This document shows positions 25,401-44,530 of a stretch of 64,000 nt of DNA, piece by piece. The notes below the pieces were generated by a model, which saw only the letters and a program-made list of their open reading frames with translations, had not been told where the DNA came from and did not search any database. How positions within the stretch are numbered: the first letter of the stretch is position 1; every line of letters begins with the position of its first letter. A program made the translations under genes and the position numbers. The stretch comes from Tubiluchus corallicola (taxonomy: Eukaryota; Animalia; Priapulida): NCBI GenBank assembly GCA_030141605.1, contig JAQGDQ010000556.1, positions 78,516 to 142,515 on the forward strand, written 5' to 3'.

Positions 25401-28400
25401 AACTTCTCACGGATACATTTACTCTTAACTTACATTAACTTCTCACGGATACATTTACTCTTAACTTGCATTAACCTCTCACGGACGCAACTACTCTTAA
25501 CTTGCATTAACTTGTCACGGACACAACTACTCTTAACTTACATTAACTTCTCACTGACACAACTATTCTTAACTTACATTAACTTCTCACGGTCGCAATT
25601 ACTCTTAACTTACATTAACTTGTCACTGACGCAATTATCCTTAACTTACATTAACTTGTCACGGACACGACTACTCTTAACTTACATTAACTTCTCACGG
25701 ATACAATTACTCTTAACTTACATTAACTTCTCACGGATACAATTACTCTTAACTTACATTAACTTCTCATGGATACAATTACTTATCCTCTATCCAGCAG
25801 GTCACTATATAATAGGTTTAGAGACAGGCAATTTCTTCATATTAGTTCGTCACGTGCATTCGATATTTTGTTATATGTTAGACGTCATCCGGAACGGTTG
25901 AACGGTGAACCGATCGCAATTAATAACGTTTAAACGATTAGCTAAAAAACCTAACTGTCTCATGTCTCAGCCGTAGTAATGATTAAGTTATCTTTGAAAT
26001 CACGGCACGGTTTAACCAGTTTGTGTGTATTTGCAGGTCTCGGCGGTTACGGCTCCGAGTCGGACGAAGAAGCGAGCCGGCAGGGATCAGTGAGTGCGGC
26101 GGAGGATCGCGTCGGCGACGACGGAGACAGCGACAGCGACGCCGAGCTAGAGGCGCAGATTAGGAGGCGCAGGCTAGCATTCGAAAAGAAAATGGCTGCG
26201 CGCAGAGAGGAAGAAGAAAGAGTAAACAGTGGCGATTCGGAGAAAGAAAAAGCTTCTGAAACACAAGAAAATGATGAGGATGGTAATTAGATACGTTAAT
26301 TAAATAAATAAATAAATTATAAATAAATACTGAAAGGGGAAGAAAAGGGGTACAGTGTTCCCTCGCTACTTTGTGTATTGCGGACTCGCTGGTTCGAGGG
26401 TTTTCAAAAATATTAATGTAAAATATTTATCGTGGTATTTTCGCTGTAGTCCGTCTAAAGTATTTTGCACATGCGTAGTACGTATTCTACAGTAATGTAT
26501 AGATTTGATGAATTTTGCATAAAAAAAATCGCAAAATGTATAAAAATATATTAAAAATAATAATTCTAACATTAAAAGATTATTATAAATCATAAAAAAT
26601 TACCATTTGCAGTAAATAGTGTATTTATTCGGCGGAACCTAGTCACTGGGGGGGGGGGCAAGCCAGCCCAACTCAGTGCCGGTCCCAAGCCCGGATAAAT
26701 AGGGAGGGTTAGGGTCAGGAAGGGCATCCGCCTGTAAAAACTGCGCCAAAACCTTCTATGAATGAGTCGGTGAGACTTGAAGGTAAAGTCCACAAAGAAG
26801 TGGTCAGACCCGCTCTAATCTATGGGCTGGAAGCAGCTTCTCTAAAGAAGACCGAAGAGAAGAAAATGGGTGTGGTGGAGATGAGGATGTTGAGATGGAT
26901 GGTGGAAATAACAAGAAGAGATAAAATTAGAAATAATAATATCAGAGGAACAGTAAAAGTAGTGGAAGCATCGAAAGATTGCGATGGTATGAACACCTGA
27001 AAAGAAGTCGGTGAAGATCATGTGGAAAGGGAAGACATAAATGAATAGATGGTCAACAACAGGAATGCATGGAGAAGACTCATTCACAACGGCGACCCCG
27101 CATAGGGAAAAGCTGGGAAGAAGAAGAAGAAGAAGTGTATTTATTCGGCGGATGAATACACACCAAAAACGAAATGTAGTACTTGCGCCCGCTTGAGATG
27201 CTACTTGCAGACGTGAGATTGTACGCAACACACGATTGGTTGATTGATGGAATGTAAAATAATGTATAAGTACTAAAATAAGTATAGCTTCGCAGAATTT
27301 CGCTTATCGTGGGTGGGCCTGGAACGGAACAACCGCGATAAGTGAGGGAACACTGTATTCTAAGGTGTACTGCATAAAACCTTTCATATTAAGTTATATT
27401 GCTTAGAATTATGGTTACCTGTTTGAAAAATTTACATAATTGGCAGAGAATTTTTTTTAGTAATTTAAAACACTTGCACCACCTGGTAAAGTGGCTTTGC
27501 ATCGCCATCCAGTTGTACTACTGATTCACCATAAAGTACATGCAGTCATACCTCCGTTGTCGAACGTCTCCGTATTCGTAGAAATCGGTTTTCGACCAGA
27601 AAATTCGAGTTGAAATTCTCTCCGCTCTCGACCAGAATTTCGGTACTCGACCAACCGCCAAACACGTGATGAATGCATGCGCGGCGAGCCGAGTAGAGCC
27701 GAGCGTAACCGACCGCGCCCGAGAGTAGTCACGCACAAGATTTGAATTGCCTAACATCGCTAAGTGCTTTCTACGCTTATTTTTCTCCGCTTTTCATGCA
27801 GGAACAATTATGTTTTTCTTTCAAAGTAATTCTATTATGATTTTCTTATCAATTATATCATAGCTACTGTTTGAAAAAACATTTTTGCATTATTATATTT
27901 CGTTTTAGTAATACTTTACTGTTCATTTGGTGCTTGAGAACGGATTATTTGCTATTAAATTATTTCTTATGGGAATAAATGATTTGGTACTCAACCAAAT
28001 GGGTTTACAAACACTTTTTAGGAACGAATTATGGTCAAAAACAGAGGTACTACTGTAGTTAATCTTTTTGACCATATAATGTCATTTAAACTTTTCCTTA
28101 GTTAACAAAGCTATGCTATGCAACGAACGCTCTGATCATTTTTTCAAACTATGCACAATGTTGCCTAAACTTGTTTCAAATGACTTGAAATGTCAAAATG
28201 GCTGCGCCTAACAGTCGTCGCTGGAGTTCAGGTTTACTGACAGCATGAAGTAATTCATACTTTAGCTTACTTTGTAGCAAAAAGTGTATGTTTAGCAAAA
28301 AATACACGTGCTCTGATTATTTTAGGCAAAGTTAGCTAAACTTGTTTCAAACGACTTACCATTAAAATGGCTACATGTAATTGCCATCGCAGGAGTTTAT

Positions 28401-31400
28401 ATCTACAAGTTTTATATTGTGTTACTGCTAATGCAAGCGCTTTATGCAATAAGACAGTGTGTAAGTGATACAAAGTTTGAAAACAGATGTTTTAAGCTTC
28501 GCTTATGTGTTACTGCTAATGCAAACCCTTTATGCAATAAGACAGTGTGTAAGTGGTACAAAGTTTGAAAACAGATGTTTTAAGCTTTGCTTATGTGTTA
28601 CTGCTAATGCAAGCCCATTATGCAATAAGACAGTGTGTAAGTGGTACAAAGTTTGAAAACAGATGTTTTAAGCTTCGCTTATGTGTTACTGCTAATGCAA
28701 GCCCTTTATGCAATAAGACAGTGTGTAAGCGGTACGAAGTTTGAAAATGAATGTTTTAAGCTTTGCTTATGTGTTACTGCTAATGCAAGCCCATTATGCA
28801 ATAAGACAGTGTGTAAGCGGTAAGAAGTTTGAAAATGGATGTTTTAAGCTTTGCTTATGTGTTACTGCTAATGCAAGCCCATTATGCAATAAGACAGTGT
28901 GTAAGTGGTAAGAAGTTTGAAAATGGATGTTTTAAGCTTTGCTTATGTGTTACTGCTAATGCAAGCCCTTTATGCAATAAGACAGTGTGTAAGCGGTACA
29001 AAGTTTGAAAACGGATGTTTTAAGCTTTGCTTATGTAGGCTATTTTCTGTGCTTCAAATACTTCAAGATAAATACCATTATTGTTTTATTAAAAAGGAAC
29101 CATGACATACGGAGATTCTGATTAAATTTTTTTTGTGCGTCTCTTAGTTGCAAGACGACCCCAGCAAGATGAATCCGGAGTTGATTCGGAGAACGTGGAT
29201 TCAAATCCAGTGTTTAAGGAGAGCAGGCGACACAAGGGCATTCCTGGACTGGACGCTAAGAAGGAGAGCGACAGCGACGATTCCAGTTCCGATTCGGACA
29301 GCGATAGTGACGCCAGCGTGAAGCGAAAAGCTGGCAGTCTATTGCACGGCCAGAAGAGCAGCAAACATAGTGAACATCGTGAATCGCAGAGCAAAACACA
29401 CGGCCGGCATTTGTCAAGCGGTGATCGTGGTAGAAAGCGAAGCGAGGAGAAGACAAGGAGAAGAGAATCTGATAGGCACAAGCATAGAGACAGCGAAGAC
29501 CGGTACCCTAAGCAGTATAGACAAGTAGAAAGGAGTAGAAGTAGGAGTAGAGAAAGAAGAAGACGTAGCCATAAGTCAGACGAGAGGCGAAAAGAGCGTA
29601 GGAGTAGGTCGTACAGTAAGGAACGAGAGAAGGATAGGGAGAGGCGTAGGAGGAAAGAGAGCACTTCTGAGAGGCGTAAAAGTCGAGACGACGATTCACG
29701 ACACCGTAAAACTAGAGAGGAGGAATACGTGAGGCATAAAAGTAGAGAGGACAACAGGCGTTATAGAAGTAGAGATAAGGACAAATACTCAAGGTCGCAT
29801 AGGGATAGGGATGATGACAGTGAAAAAAGTCGACACCGGTCGCATCGGACGCTTAGCTCTAGCGCAAGTAAAAATCGTGGCTCTAAGAAGAAGCGAGAGA
29901 GAGAGCCGAGTTCCGAGAGCCAGACGAGTAATTCGAAAGAACGCTCGGCGAAGAAGAAGATGAAGAGAAAGAGCTCAAGCGTAGAAAAACGCTCGAAGCG
30001 CTCGAAGAGGAAATCTTCTAGCAGCTCCAGCAGCTCTTCGACTTCGGAAAAGTCGCCTAATAGGTCTGTATCCGATGATGATGACGACGATGACGACGAC
30101 GACAGCAGCAGCGTGCAGTCGGGTAAGCGGTCGAGTCGAAAACACAAGTCAAAATCCTCGCGTAAGTATCCAGTCTTTGTCGTATGCGACATGCGAAATG
30201 TAGAAGCTTTGTGTTCATATTGTGTTGGTGGCATAGTTAGATTAGAGAAGTCCAGGGGGCAGCACTTGTTGTTTAATGCTCGGTTAAAAAGTTATCATTT
30301 TGTCAGCGTGGTAAGAAATCGAAAACGTGTGACGGATTGACTTTTCACGAAAACGTGAACTGCATTTCAGAAAATTTCGACAATGGACAACGGTACTGTA
30401 ATGTTTACTTCGTTTTTTGTTCTCCTGCGTCAGACATTTTTTCCAAAAGTGCAGCGTATGTTTTACGTGATACGTATTGATATCTTCGCCTTCTTCTTCG
30501 TTAAAATTCAAAGCTAGTCTATAAGTATCGTAGTTTTTTGAAGCGCAGCGGTATGTGCGTTTCTTCACAGATCAGCGTTTTTTGCATTTCTCCGCAAATT
30601 TGTCTCGCAATTTGCTAAGAGTGATAAAAATTTTTGTTGGCTTCTATAGAAACTTCAGTGGAAAGAAAAAATAACAGAATTCAGTTTTCCGTCAGTTATT
30701 TTTTGTCCTTTTTTTCTTCAATTAAGTTAATTTAAAGCAAAAATTGAAAAAAAACAAATTACCGTGTCCAGTACGGTAGTATTGCAGTTAATTTTTTTTT
30801 ACTTTGGCCATAAACACAATGTCAACGTTTGGTTTATTGGCGTAAGTGTATGATGTATTTTTCGTTGGTGGGAGAATGGGTTAGGTGACATGCCAAGGTA
30901 CCTCGGCGAGCGGGGAATGCTCTAACCAACGCCGTTGTATATTGCTTATTTTCCTGATCGCCTGTCAGTCGTTTTGTGTCCGTTAGGGGTGAGCGTTCGA
31001 GTTCGGGTTCGAACCAGTTTTTTAGTTCGAATTCGATTCAAACCTAAAATTTAGCTCTTCAACCGCATATGTTCTTCATCATTAAAATGCTCGAAACGTC
31101 GTTCAATTAGCACAATTTAGCTGCGATTTTTAAATAAATTATCAGCGGTTCATCGTCATCATCATCATCATCATCATCATCATATGCCCGTCACGTCTAT
31201 TGTAGACGTTGGACAGGCGGAATTCTAAAATAAAAGAAATCTGCCTTCAGACAGGTAAACGCAGCAGTAATCCAGCAAAAAAAAACTAGACACTGCTACG
31301 CCAGTGGCTTGTCAGCACCACTTCCGAGTGTCAGCGGTTATACTGCAGAGCAAAATCGAGCAATATGCATGATCTTTGTAAGATCACTTTTTACTGGTGG

Positions 31401-31614
31401 TTCGAAAGCTTATCCGAAAAAAATCTTTCAAACTCGATTCGAATTCGATTCGAAATACTAAAGCTTGTTTCGATTCTCATACCAAAATTCACAAATTCAA
31501 TTCGATTCAAATTTCTTTTTGGGTGGAGAATGCTCACCTCTTGTGTCCGTTCGGAAGTGACGAGTTTCATCCTGTTTACTTGTAAATCCTGATTTTTCTT
31601 TTGCAGGATCGTGA
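10363..31614 (+). CDS. PNISR: Arginine/serine-rich protein PNISR (SFRS18), 11 coding exons, 2412 nt, 803 aa
   Basis: Exons 10363-10435, 11970-12131, 12337-12593, 13493-13673, 14310-14500, 15416-15535, 18091-18193, 21959-22015, 26037-26282, 29148-30161, 31607-31614; all GT-AG with consistent phases; motifs QWPL, DWAALAQQWIAQKE, DAQKRKQLPLWIRQGLEKM, MMTEVLLTVTEE, PAKQLAHTSAL, GLGGYGS and C-terminal RS domain ending RKHKSKSSRS match known PNISR in order. Confidence 0.93.
11970..12131 (+). CDS. PNISR: PNISR coding exon 2 (DWAALAQQWIAQKEA)
   Basis: ttattgtag acceptor, G|gtactg donor, conserved PNISR N-terminal motif. Confidence 0.93.
12337..12593 (+). CDS. PNISR: PNISR coding exon 3 (G/W/P-rich, IDYGH/IDYNHG motifs)
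   Basis: tttcag acceptor, CAG|gtaaaa donor, phase 1 to 0. Confidence 0.88.
12655..13320 (+). repeat. 10-bp-unit satellite (ATACAGGTAA(G/A)) in PNISR intron 3
   Basis: ~65 degenerate units; ~28 contain CAGGTAAG, about 6 CAGGTAAGT (counted by eye). Confidence 0.95.
13493..13673 (+). CDS. PNISR: PNISR coding exon 4
   Basis: tctttag acceptor, G|gtaagc donor, phase 0 to 1, open frame HGFADS...DVPVI. Confidence 0.85.
13721..14120 (+). mobile_element. Truncated copy of hAT-like MITE (same family as 16250-16733)
   Basis: High-identity direct match to 16250-16650, starts with CAGCGATGAGAAT terminus. Confidence 0.75.
14310..14500 (+). CDS. PNISR: PNISR coding exon 5 (DAQKRKQLPLWIRQGLEKM)
   Basis: Hallmark PNISR-domain motif; gtaagt donor. 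Confidence 0.95.
14555..15027. repeat. ~85-bp minisatellite, ~5.5 copies
   Basis: Repeated tatattgtgagattcggattcgctccggattggaaaattattgggaaaaacgggattcg. Confidence 0.9.
15416..15535 (+). CDS. PNISR: PNISR coding exon 6 (ESEDEE...RSPSP...TEEERQQEL)
   Basis: 120 nt, phase 0-0, matches PNISR DSDEEE/RSPSP/TEEEK region. Confidence 0.9.
15581..16047. mobile_element. piggyBac-like MITE
   Basis: Perfect 13-bp TIR CCCTTTCACTACG / CGTAGTGAAAGGG flanked by TTAA on both sides. Confidence 0.9.
16250..16733. mobile_element. hAT-like MITE
   Basis: TIR CAGGGATGAGAAT / ATTCTTATCCCTG; second partial copy at 13721; TSD not clean. Confidence 0.75.
16983..17567. mobile_element. Kolobok-like non-autonomous DNA transposon
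   Basis: TTAA on both sides, AG...CT termini, imperfect TIR AGGAAGACAGGA / TCCGGTTTTGCT; related inverted copy at ~5512. Confidence 0.55.
18091..18193 (+). CDS. PNISR: PNISR coding exon 7 (IMKTRRMMTEVLLTVTEELIHDISREVYKRALTK)
   Basis: Strong acceptor and G|gtaagc donor; conserved PNISR helix. Confidence 0.93.
18336..18764. mobile_element. hAT-like MITE with 8-bp TSD
   Basis: TIR CAGGGGCGTATTAA / TTGATCCACCTCTG (10/14), TSD ATAACAGT / ATAACAAT. Confidence 0.7.
18748..19352. repeat. 54-bp minisatellite, ~11 copies
   Basis: Unit ttgatccacctctgataacaatacctgtatgatgataatgatacacctggatcc; 18-aa periodic ORFs on minus strand. Confidence 0.95.
20090..21230. repeat. 35-bp minisatellite (~26 copies) interrupted by a longer ~60-bp subunit
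   Basis: Unit gttcgtcaagaagtgtatcacatgcatttgacact; caagaattgctctaaattt block recurs at ~20093, 20173, 20402, 21204. Confidence 0.95.
21959..22015 (+). CDS. PNISR: PNISR coding exon 8 (VPAKQLAHTSALTSITGAIG)
   Basis: 57 nt, phase 1-1, G|gtgagt donor, weak AAG acceptor; matches PNISR APAKQLAQSSAL. Confidence 0.9.
23842..25783. repeat. 36-bp minisatellite, ~54 copies, in PNISR intron 8
   Basis: Unit aacttacattaacttctcacggacacaattactctt; 504-bp higher-order duplication (24576 vs 25080). Confidence 0.95.
26037..26282 (+). CDS. PNISR: PNISR coding exon 9 (GLGGYGSESDEE...)
   Basis: ttgcag acceptor, G|gtaatt donor, conserved GLGGYGS motif. Confidence 0.93.
26353..27355. mobile_element. Tc1/mariner-type (Tigger-like) MITE carrying a nested RTE insertion
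   Basis: TIR CAGTGTTCCCTC / GAGGGAACACTG with TA on both sides. Confidence 0.85.
26637..27133 (+). mobile_element. Internally deleted RTE-clade non-LTR retroelement
   Basis: 19-bp TSD AGTGTATTTATTCGGCGGA (26618-26636, 27134-27152); RTE RT C-terminal peptide VVRPALIYGLE...EMRMLRWM...TRRDKIRN; (AAG)n tail; RTE-type 5' motif ggtcccaagcccggataaa. Confidence 0.9.
27543..28055. mobile_element. Tc1/mariner-type MITE
   Basis: Imperfect TIR CAGTCATACCTC / GAGGTACTACTG, right TA intact, left TG. Confidence 0.6.
28415..29037. repeat. 88-bp minisatellite, ~7 copies
   Basis: Near-identical ORFs spaced 88 bp (28465, 28553, 28641). Confidence 0.95.
29148..30161 (+). CDS. PNISR: PNISR coding exon 10 (RS domain)
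   Basis: R/S/E/K-rich open frame ending RKHKSKSS, C|gtaagt donor. Confidence 0.92.
30984..31542. mobile_element. hAT-like MITE with perfect 8-bp TSD
   Basis: TSD GTGTCCGT at 30976-30983 and 31543-31550; TIR TAGGGGTGAGCGTTC / GAATGCTCACCTCTT; subterminal TTCGA repeats. Confidence 0.88.
31607..31614 (+). CDS. PNISR: PNISR putative terminal coding micro-segment (R-S-stop) of last exon
   Basis: Strong acceptor tttttcttttgcag; C+GA TCG TGA completes ...SSRS*. Confidence 0.6.
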
Positions 31615-34600
31615 AGTCGACCGATTTATCCGGGATGCCATGTAAGTGTACAGTACAATGTAGCCTTTGTAAATAGCTAGCCGTAGTTCCACGGTTTCGA
31701 CAAAAATTGTGCATTTTGTGTAGTTAAATGGTTCTTAGACACAATTCTTGTAATATAATTTAGAGGTGCTGTTAATTACAATCGATCGTCAGGTTACTGA
31801 ATGAATTTCTGGTCAAGTTTGACTGCGGTTCGGACGTAATGATCAGGCAGGCCATGAAGGACCTTTTCCTTAGAATGATTCTTGAATTAAAGATTTCCTT
31901 AGAATGATTCTTGAATTAAAGATCTCCTTAGAATGATTCTTGAATTAAAGATCTTGTTTTAATTAGCTGGATTAGATTTTCAGTAGTTCTTGCGCATGCT
32001 CACGTTTGCCGTGGCACGGGGAAGCTACAATGGTGGTTTATTACAGAAAACGACCGTCAAAATATGATCGAGTTCTCCCGTGACCTGCCATCTTTAACAT
32101 AAAAACATTGAATGTCCTTTATGGTCTCTCGATGATTATTTATTCATTCTAGGAGTTTTTTACTCCAATTTGCCTCATTAGCTTTAAAATTACAGATAAA
32201 ATGTAAAAAAGTTTGTACCGTGTGAAGTAAGAACATTAAAAGAAAATTTAGTAGCTAAATATCATTTGAGTGAAAATATACGTGTTTGCTTTGCGTAGCA
32301 AAATCGTCCATAAGTCGGCAATTAAGCTTTTATATTTATTTACGTATCCTGAATCTCTATTTCATGAGGATCATTTTGGTACCAAGCTCATTGCTCTGTG
32401 ACTATGTTATTTCTAAGCTGAGATAATCCATGTTGAAGTTGAGGTGCAGGCTGCACACTGAAAAACAACCTTGAGAAAATCTCTGTTAAAGTCAGCCATT
32501 GTTTTTTGTCGCGTTTCTTCAAAACACTTAGCAACCGTACGAAAGTGTGGCTGCTATGGATTTTACAAGAGCAAATTGAAGTTACGTTTATATCCAATAG
32601 ATGGCTCTTCCTGACCGAGATCTAGGCTTGGAAACAGAAAAAATCCGAAGCAAAATGGCTGCTTCCACGAGCTACAATCGGAGTTTGCAAATACAAGTTT
32701 TTGCAATTGCAGTACAAGTTTTTAGCTAGCGAAGTGGGTAGGGTGTTATAAAATTAGATTTTTAGTAATTTTTAAACATTTCCTTGACAATTTGATGCTA
32801 AAATATTGAAGTCCAATATATTTAGCATTTGTTTTTTAAACTCAAAAATTGACATTTGACCAAATTTTTGGTGCATTGTAGTTAGAAAAAGAGTAAAGTT
32901 TACTGCTTAAGAAGAAAATAAACAAGCGCCATATAACTGGTTTCGCCAGAAAAAACTTAGTTAAAGAAATAGGAAACAATGAGAATAAACAATAAGAAGT
33001 ACCTGATTGGTTTGAGATAAATAGGAAATTATTGAGAGACACAAAAGGGTATTCAGTGTTTTTTTGTTTCTACAAATAAACAATTTCCATGTACGACAGT
33101 CAAGTCAGAACTCGAACATTTTTCGCACTTTTAATTTCCAAATTCGAATAACTTTTCGGCACTTGTTCAGAGACGGTGGAAATTAACGCTTTCCTAACTG
33201 AAGTTATAATTAGTGTTCTGCATCTTCACTTTTCATTGATGATAACATGTCCACACGATACTGACCAATTCATAACAAACTAAACATAACACGTCCACAC
33301 GATACTGACCAATTGAAAACATACTAAACGTAGTGGTAACAAATAACAACATTTGGCTAATCACAAGAAATAGAACAGCAGAGTAATTTGCTAAGATTGT
33401 AAGAATAAAAATGTCTCCAAGTGGACATACAATAAAACGTAGTGCAGTAAGCATTAAACAATTGTCTCTTCACAGCGTTATCAGTGAGCTATCATTGACA
33501 CAGTATGGTTAGCAACATGTTACCACATTTTGTATGATTATGATACTAAACAATTTACGCGGGTACTTTTGACCGCTCTATTGTTTAGTCTCAGATTTTG
33601 CTCTTTTCTCTTTTTACTTAATGGTCATGCAAACAGTCCAAACTGTGCGAAAGAGTGACCGCTTTAAGTTGCCTGTTTTCCGTTTCGCTGCTGCTTGAAC
33701 CGTAACTCAAGATTCGCTTTCGGCAGAAAGGGGTCAGTTTGGTGGCACCAGTTCAAAACTGTTGTGTTATGTATTTACACACGTAAATTATGTCACTGAT
33801 TTAGTTGCTGTTTCTCCTTTTTCTGCATGCCTTTAGTACTTATTTACAAACTATAGATAGGTGGACATGTCATTTTAAAAAATCTCTTGTGTATTTTAAA
33901 TAGGCAAATTGCCTTTATCATAATTGCTTCTGCTGTAAAATTACTATCTGATTCATTTGTCATAGGAACTAATTGTTCTGATTGCCTGACGCATTAGTTT
34001 CTTCTTGTTATCAATAAAATGAATTTTTTTATACCTCGACATTGATATTTTTCAAGTTTTTTGTCCTTTAGTCCTTATCGTAACCAGGTAGACAGATCGC
34101 TTTTCTACGAGCAAGCACTGTTACTATTAAACCATCATTTTATAACATGAGAACGTCCGCGTAACTCGACAACTTAAAGCGGAATACCTGGGCTAACCGA
34201 ACAGCCAAAATTTTGTCTACGTGGCTTCAATCACATGATATAGTAGTAATGCATAAACAGTGTCAATGAATGTACAGATGAAATCTGATTTCAGAACAGG
34301 TTGGCTTCTGTCATTATACCGTTAAACATCTTAACTAAACTTCTTTTATAAATGGTGGAATTATAACAGTAGGAACTAGTTACTTAACCTGGTCTAAAAT
34401 AAGCCTGAGCGTCATAACCACGTCTGTTGCATTTTCACTATCACATTAGGCTAACGCGATTCTTAGCTTTGAGATAATCACCTTGGATTGAAATTGAAAT
34501 GTGGAATCGCTTGACCCAAAGACAAGCTATCTGTGATGAGCCCAGGACGTTGTCAACGAACCAGCTGCCACGATGCTCACCTGAAGGCTTCACTATTTAT

Positions 34601-34869
34601 TAACAAAGGAAAAACTGATTTTGTGATAATAGTAACATCTTTTTATTGAGCCAATAAATAAGAATTCACAAAACAGAAGTAATTACACACTTAAACAAGA
34701 CAGGAATTGCTAAAACCTCACTGGAACACTCGTCTCAAGGATCAGGTATCTGGCTACAAAGTGTGGAGTGCCATGATTATTTACAGATACAAAATTACAG
34801 ATATACAATGCAGCAATTATCACATTAGTCCTCTGGTCCACATTATGAGGCTTGACCACTCATAAAATA

Positions 34870-42775
<7,906 letters not shown>

Positions 42776-43071
42776 ATTGGCAAGTGTTTGCCTGTCTTTT
42801 ACCGTCGACTTGCCTTAATTAAGCCTGCCAATTAATCACAGCAGCAAATTAGCAGCACATAGTTACGCATGGCAATAACTACATTTCCTTGTTCGAGAAA
42901 AGGATAAAGAACTGTGTTCCTGAAGCATTATTGCTTGGAGTTCAGATGCAAAAATGATGTGCAAACTATCACCACGCATGGCCGGGCGGCAGAGGTTGTT
43001 CAACCCAAACTGGTTGTAGGTAGAATGCTGCTCGTTCCAGTGGTTGAAATGTATTGTGTAAGATGTGGTAC

Positions 43072-44015
43072 GGGCCTACAATGATGGACTGTTTTGATGG
43101 TTACATGTAAGACACTGTAAGGGCCTACAATGATGGACTGTTTTGATGATTACGTGTGAGACACTGTAAGGGCCTACAATGATGGACTGTTTTGATGGTT
43201 ACGTGTGAGACACTGTAAGGGCCTACACTGATGGACTGTTTTGATGATTATGTGTAAGACACTGTAAGGGCCTACAATGATGGACTGTTTTGATGATTAC
43301 ATGTAAGACACAGTAAGGGCCTACAATGATGGACTGTTTTGATGGTTACATGTAAGACACAGTAAGGGCCTACAATGATGGACTGTTTTGATGATTATGT
43401 GTAAGACACTGTAAGGGCCTACATTGATGGACTGTTTTGATGGTTACGTGTAAGACACTGTAAGGGCCTACAATGATGGACTGTTTTGATGATTACGTGT
43501 AAGACACTGTAAGGGCCTACAATGATGGACTGTTTTGATGGTTACGTGTGAGACACTGTAAGGGCCTACAATGATGGACTGTTTTGATGATTACGTGTAA
43601 GACACTGTAAGGGCCTACAATGATGGACTGTTTTGATGATTACGTGTAAGACACAGTAAGGGCCTACAATGATGGACTGTTTTGATGGTTACATGTAAGA
43701 CACTGTAAGGGCCTACAATGATGGACTGTTTTGATGATTACATGTAAGACACTGTAAGGGCCTACATTGATGGACTGTTTTGATGATTACGTGTAAGACA
43801 CTGTAAGGGCCTACAATGATGGACTGTTTTGATGATTACATGTAAGACACTGTAAGGGCCTACATTGATGGACTGTTTTGATGATTACATGTAAGACACT
43901 GTAAGGGCCTACATTGATGGTCTGTTTTGATGATTACATGTAAGACACTGTAAGGTCCTACAATGATGGACTGTTTTGATAATTACGTGTAAGACACTGT
44001 AAGGGCCTGCACTGA
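43072..44015. repeat. 49-bp minisatellite, ~19 copies
   Basis: Unit gggcctacaatgatggactgttttgatgattacgtgtaagacactgtaa. Confidence 0.95.
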
Positions 44016-44329
44016 TGATGAATTCCTTAATTTATTTTGGTGCATTATGGACTGTTTTGTTGTATTACATATGAAATCTTGTAAGGTCCTGCAGATATTA
44101 ATGGACTATTTTAATGTATTATACACATATGTATTAATTGTGTATTTTGATGTATTATTACACATGGGATGCTGTAAGGACGTACACTGATGCATGTTTT
44201 AATTAAAACCGGGTAAATCCAAACTCAAACTTTGGAAGAAATTAAATTCTGGAATGTTTCATAGATGAAAAGTCCAGTCTTTGTATTGGAGGCGCCGCAC
44301 ACACGTGATATTTGTCAAGATTCACACAA

Positions 44330-44530
44330 ACGTACACACTTTCACGCCGTCTAAGATCATCTGGTACTTATCGTTACAACCTAGAACTACTCTTGTTTCA
44401 GCTGGAAGTAGATCTTTTACCAGTGCTGCCATCTCGTTTTTGGAATGTGCATTCAGATGAGGTCGAAGACTCCCAGTATTGCTGCTTCTAAACGTGAATT
44501 TAAAACGTTTTTATTCTTAAAAGCTTTTTT
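44330..44530 (+). mobile_element. Degenerate L2-clade LINE 3' end
   Basis: Frameshifted RLRSS...PRT...SAG.RSF..AA...WN pattern typical of the L2 ORF2 C-terminus. Confidence 0.5.

Noticed and set aside
20230-25783. 35- and 36-bp repeat arrays as CRISPR arrays
   Set aside because: Head-to-tail repeats with no unique spacers, in introns of a eukaryotic gene, no cas genes
24576-25901. LTYINFSRTQLL repeat ORFs resembling leucine-rich repeats
   Set aside because: Arise from a 36-bp intronic satellite with scattered in-frame stops and no flanking gene structure
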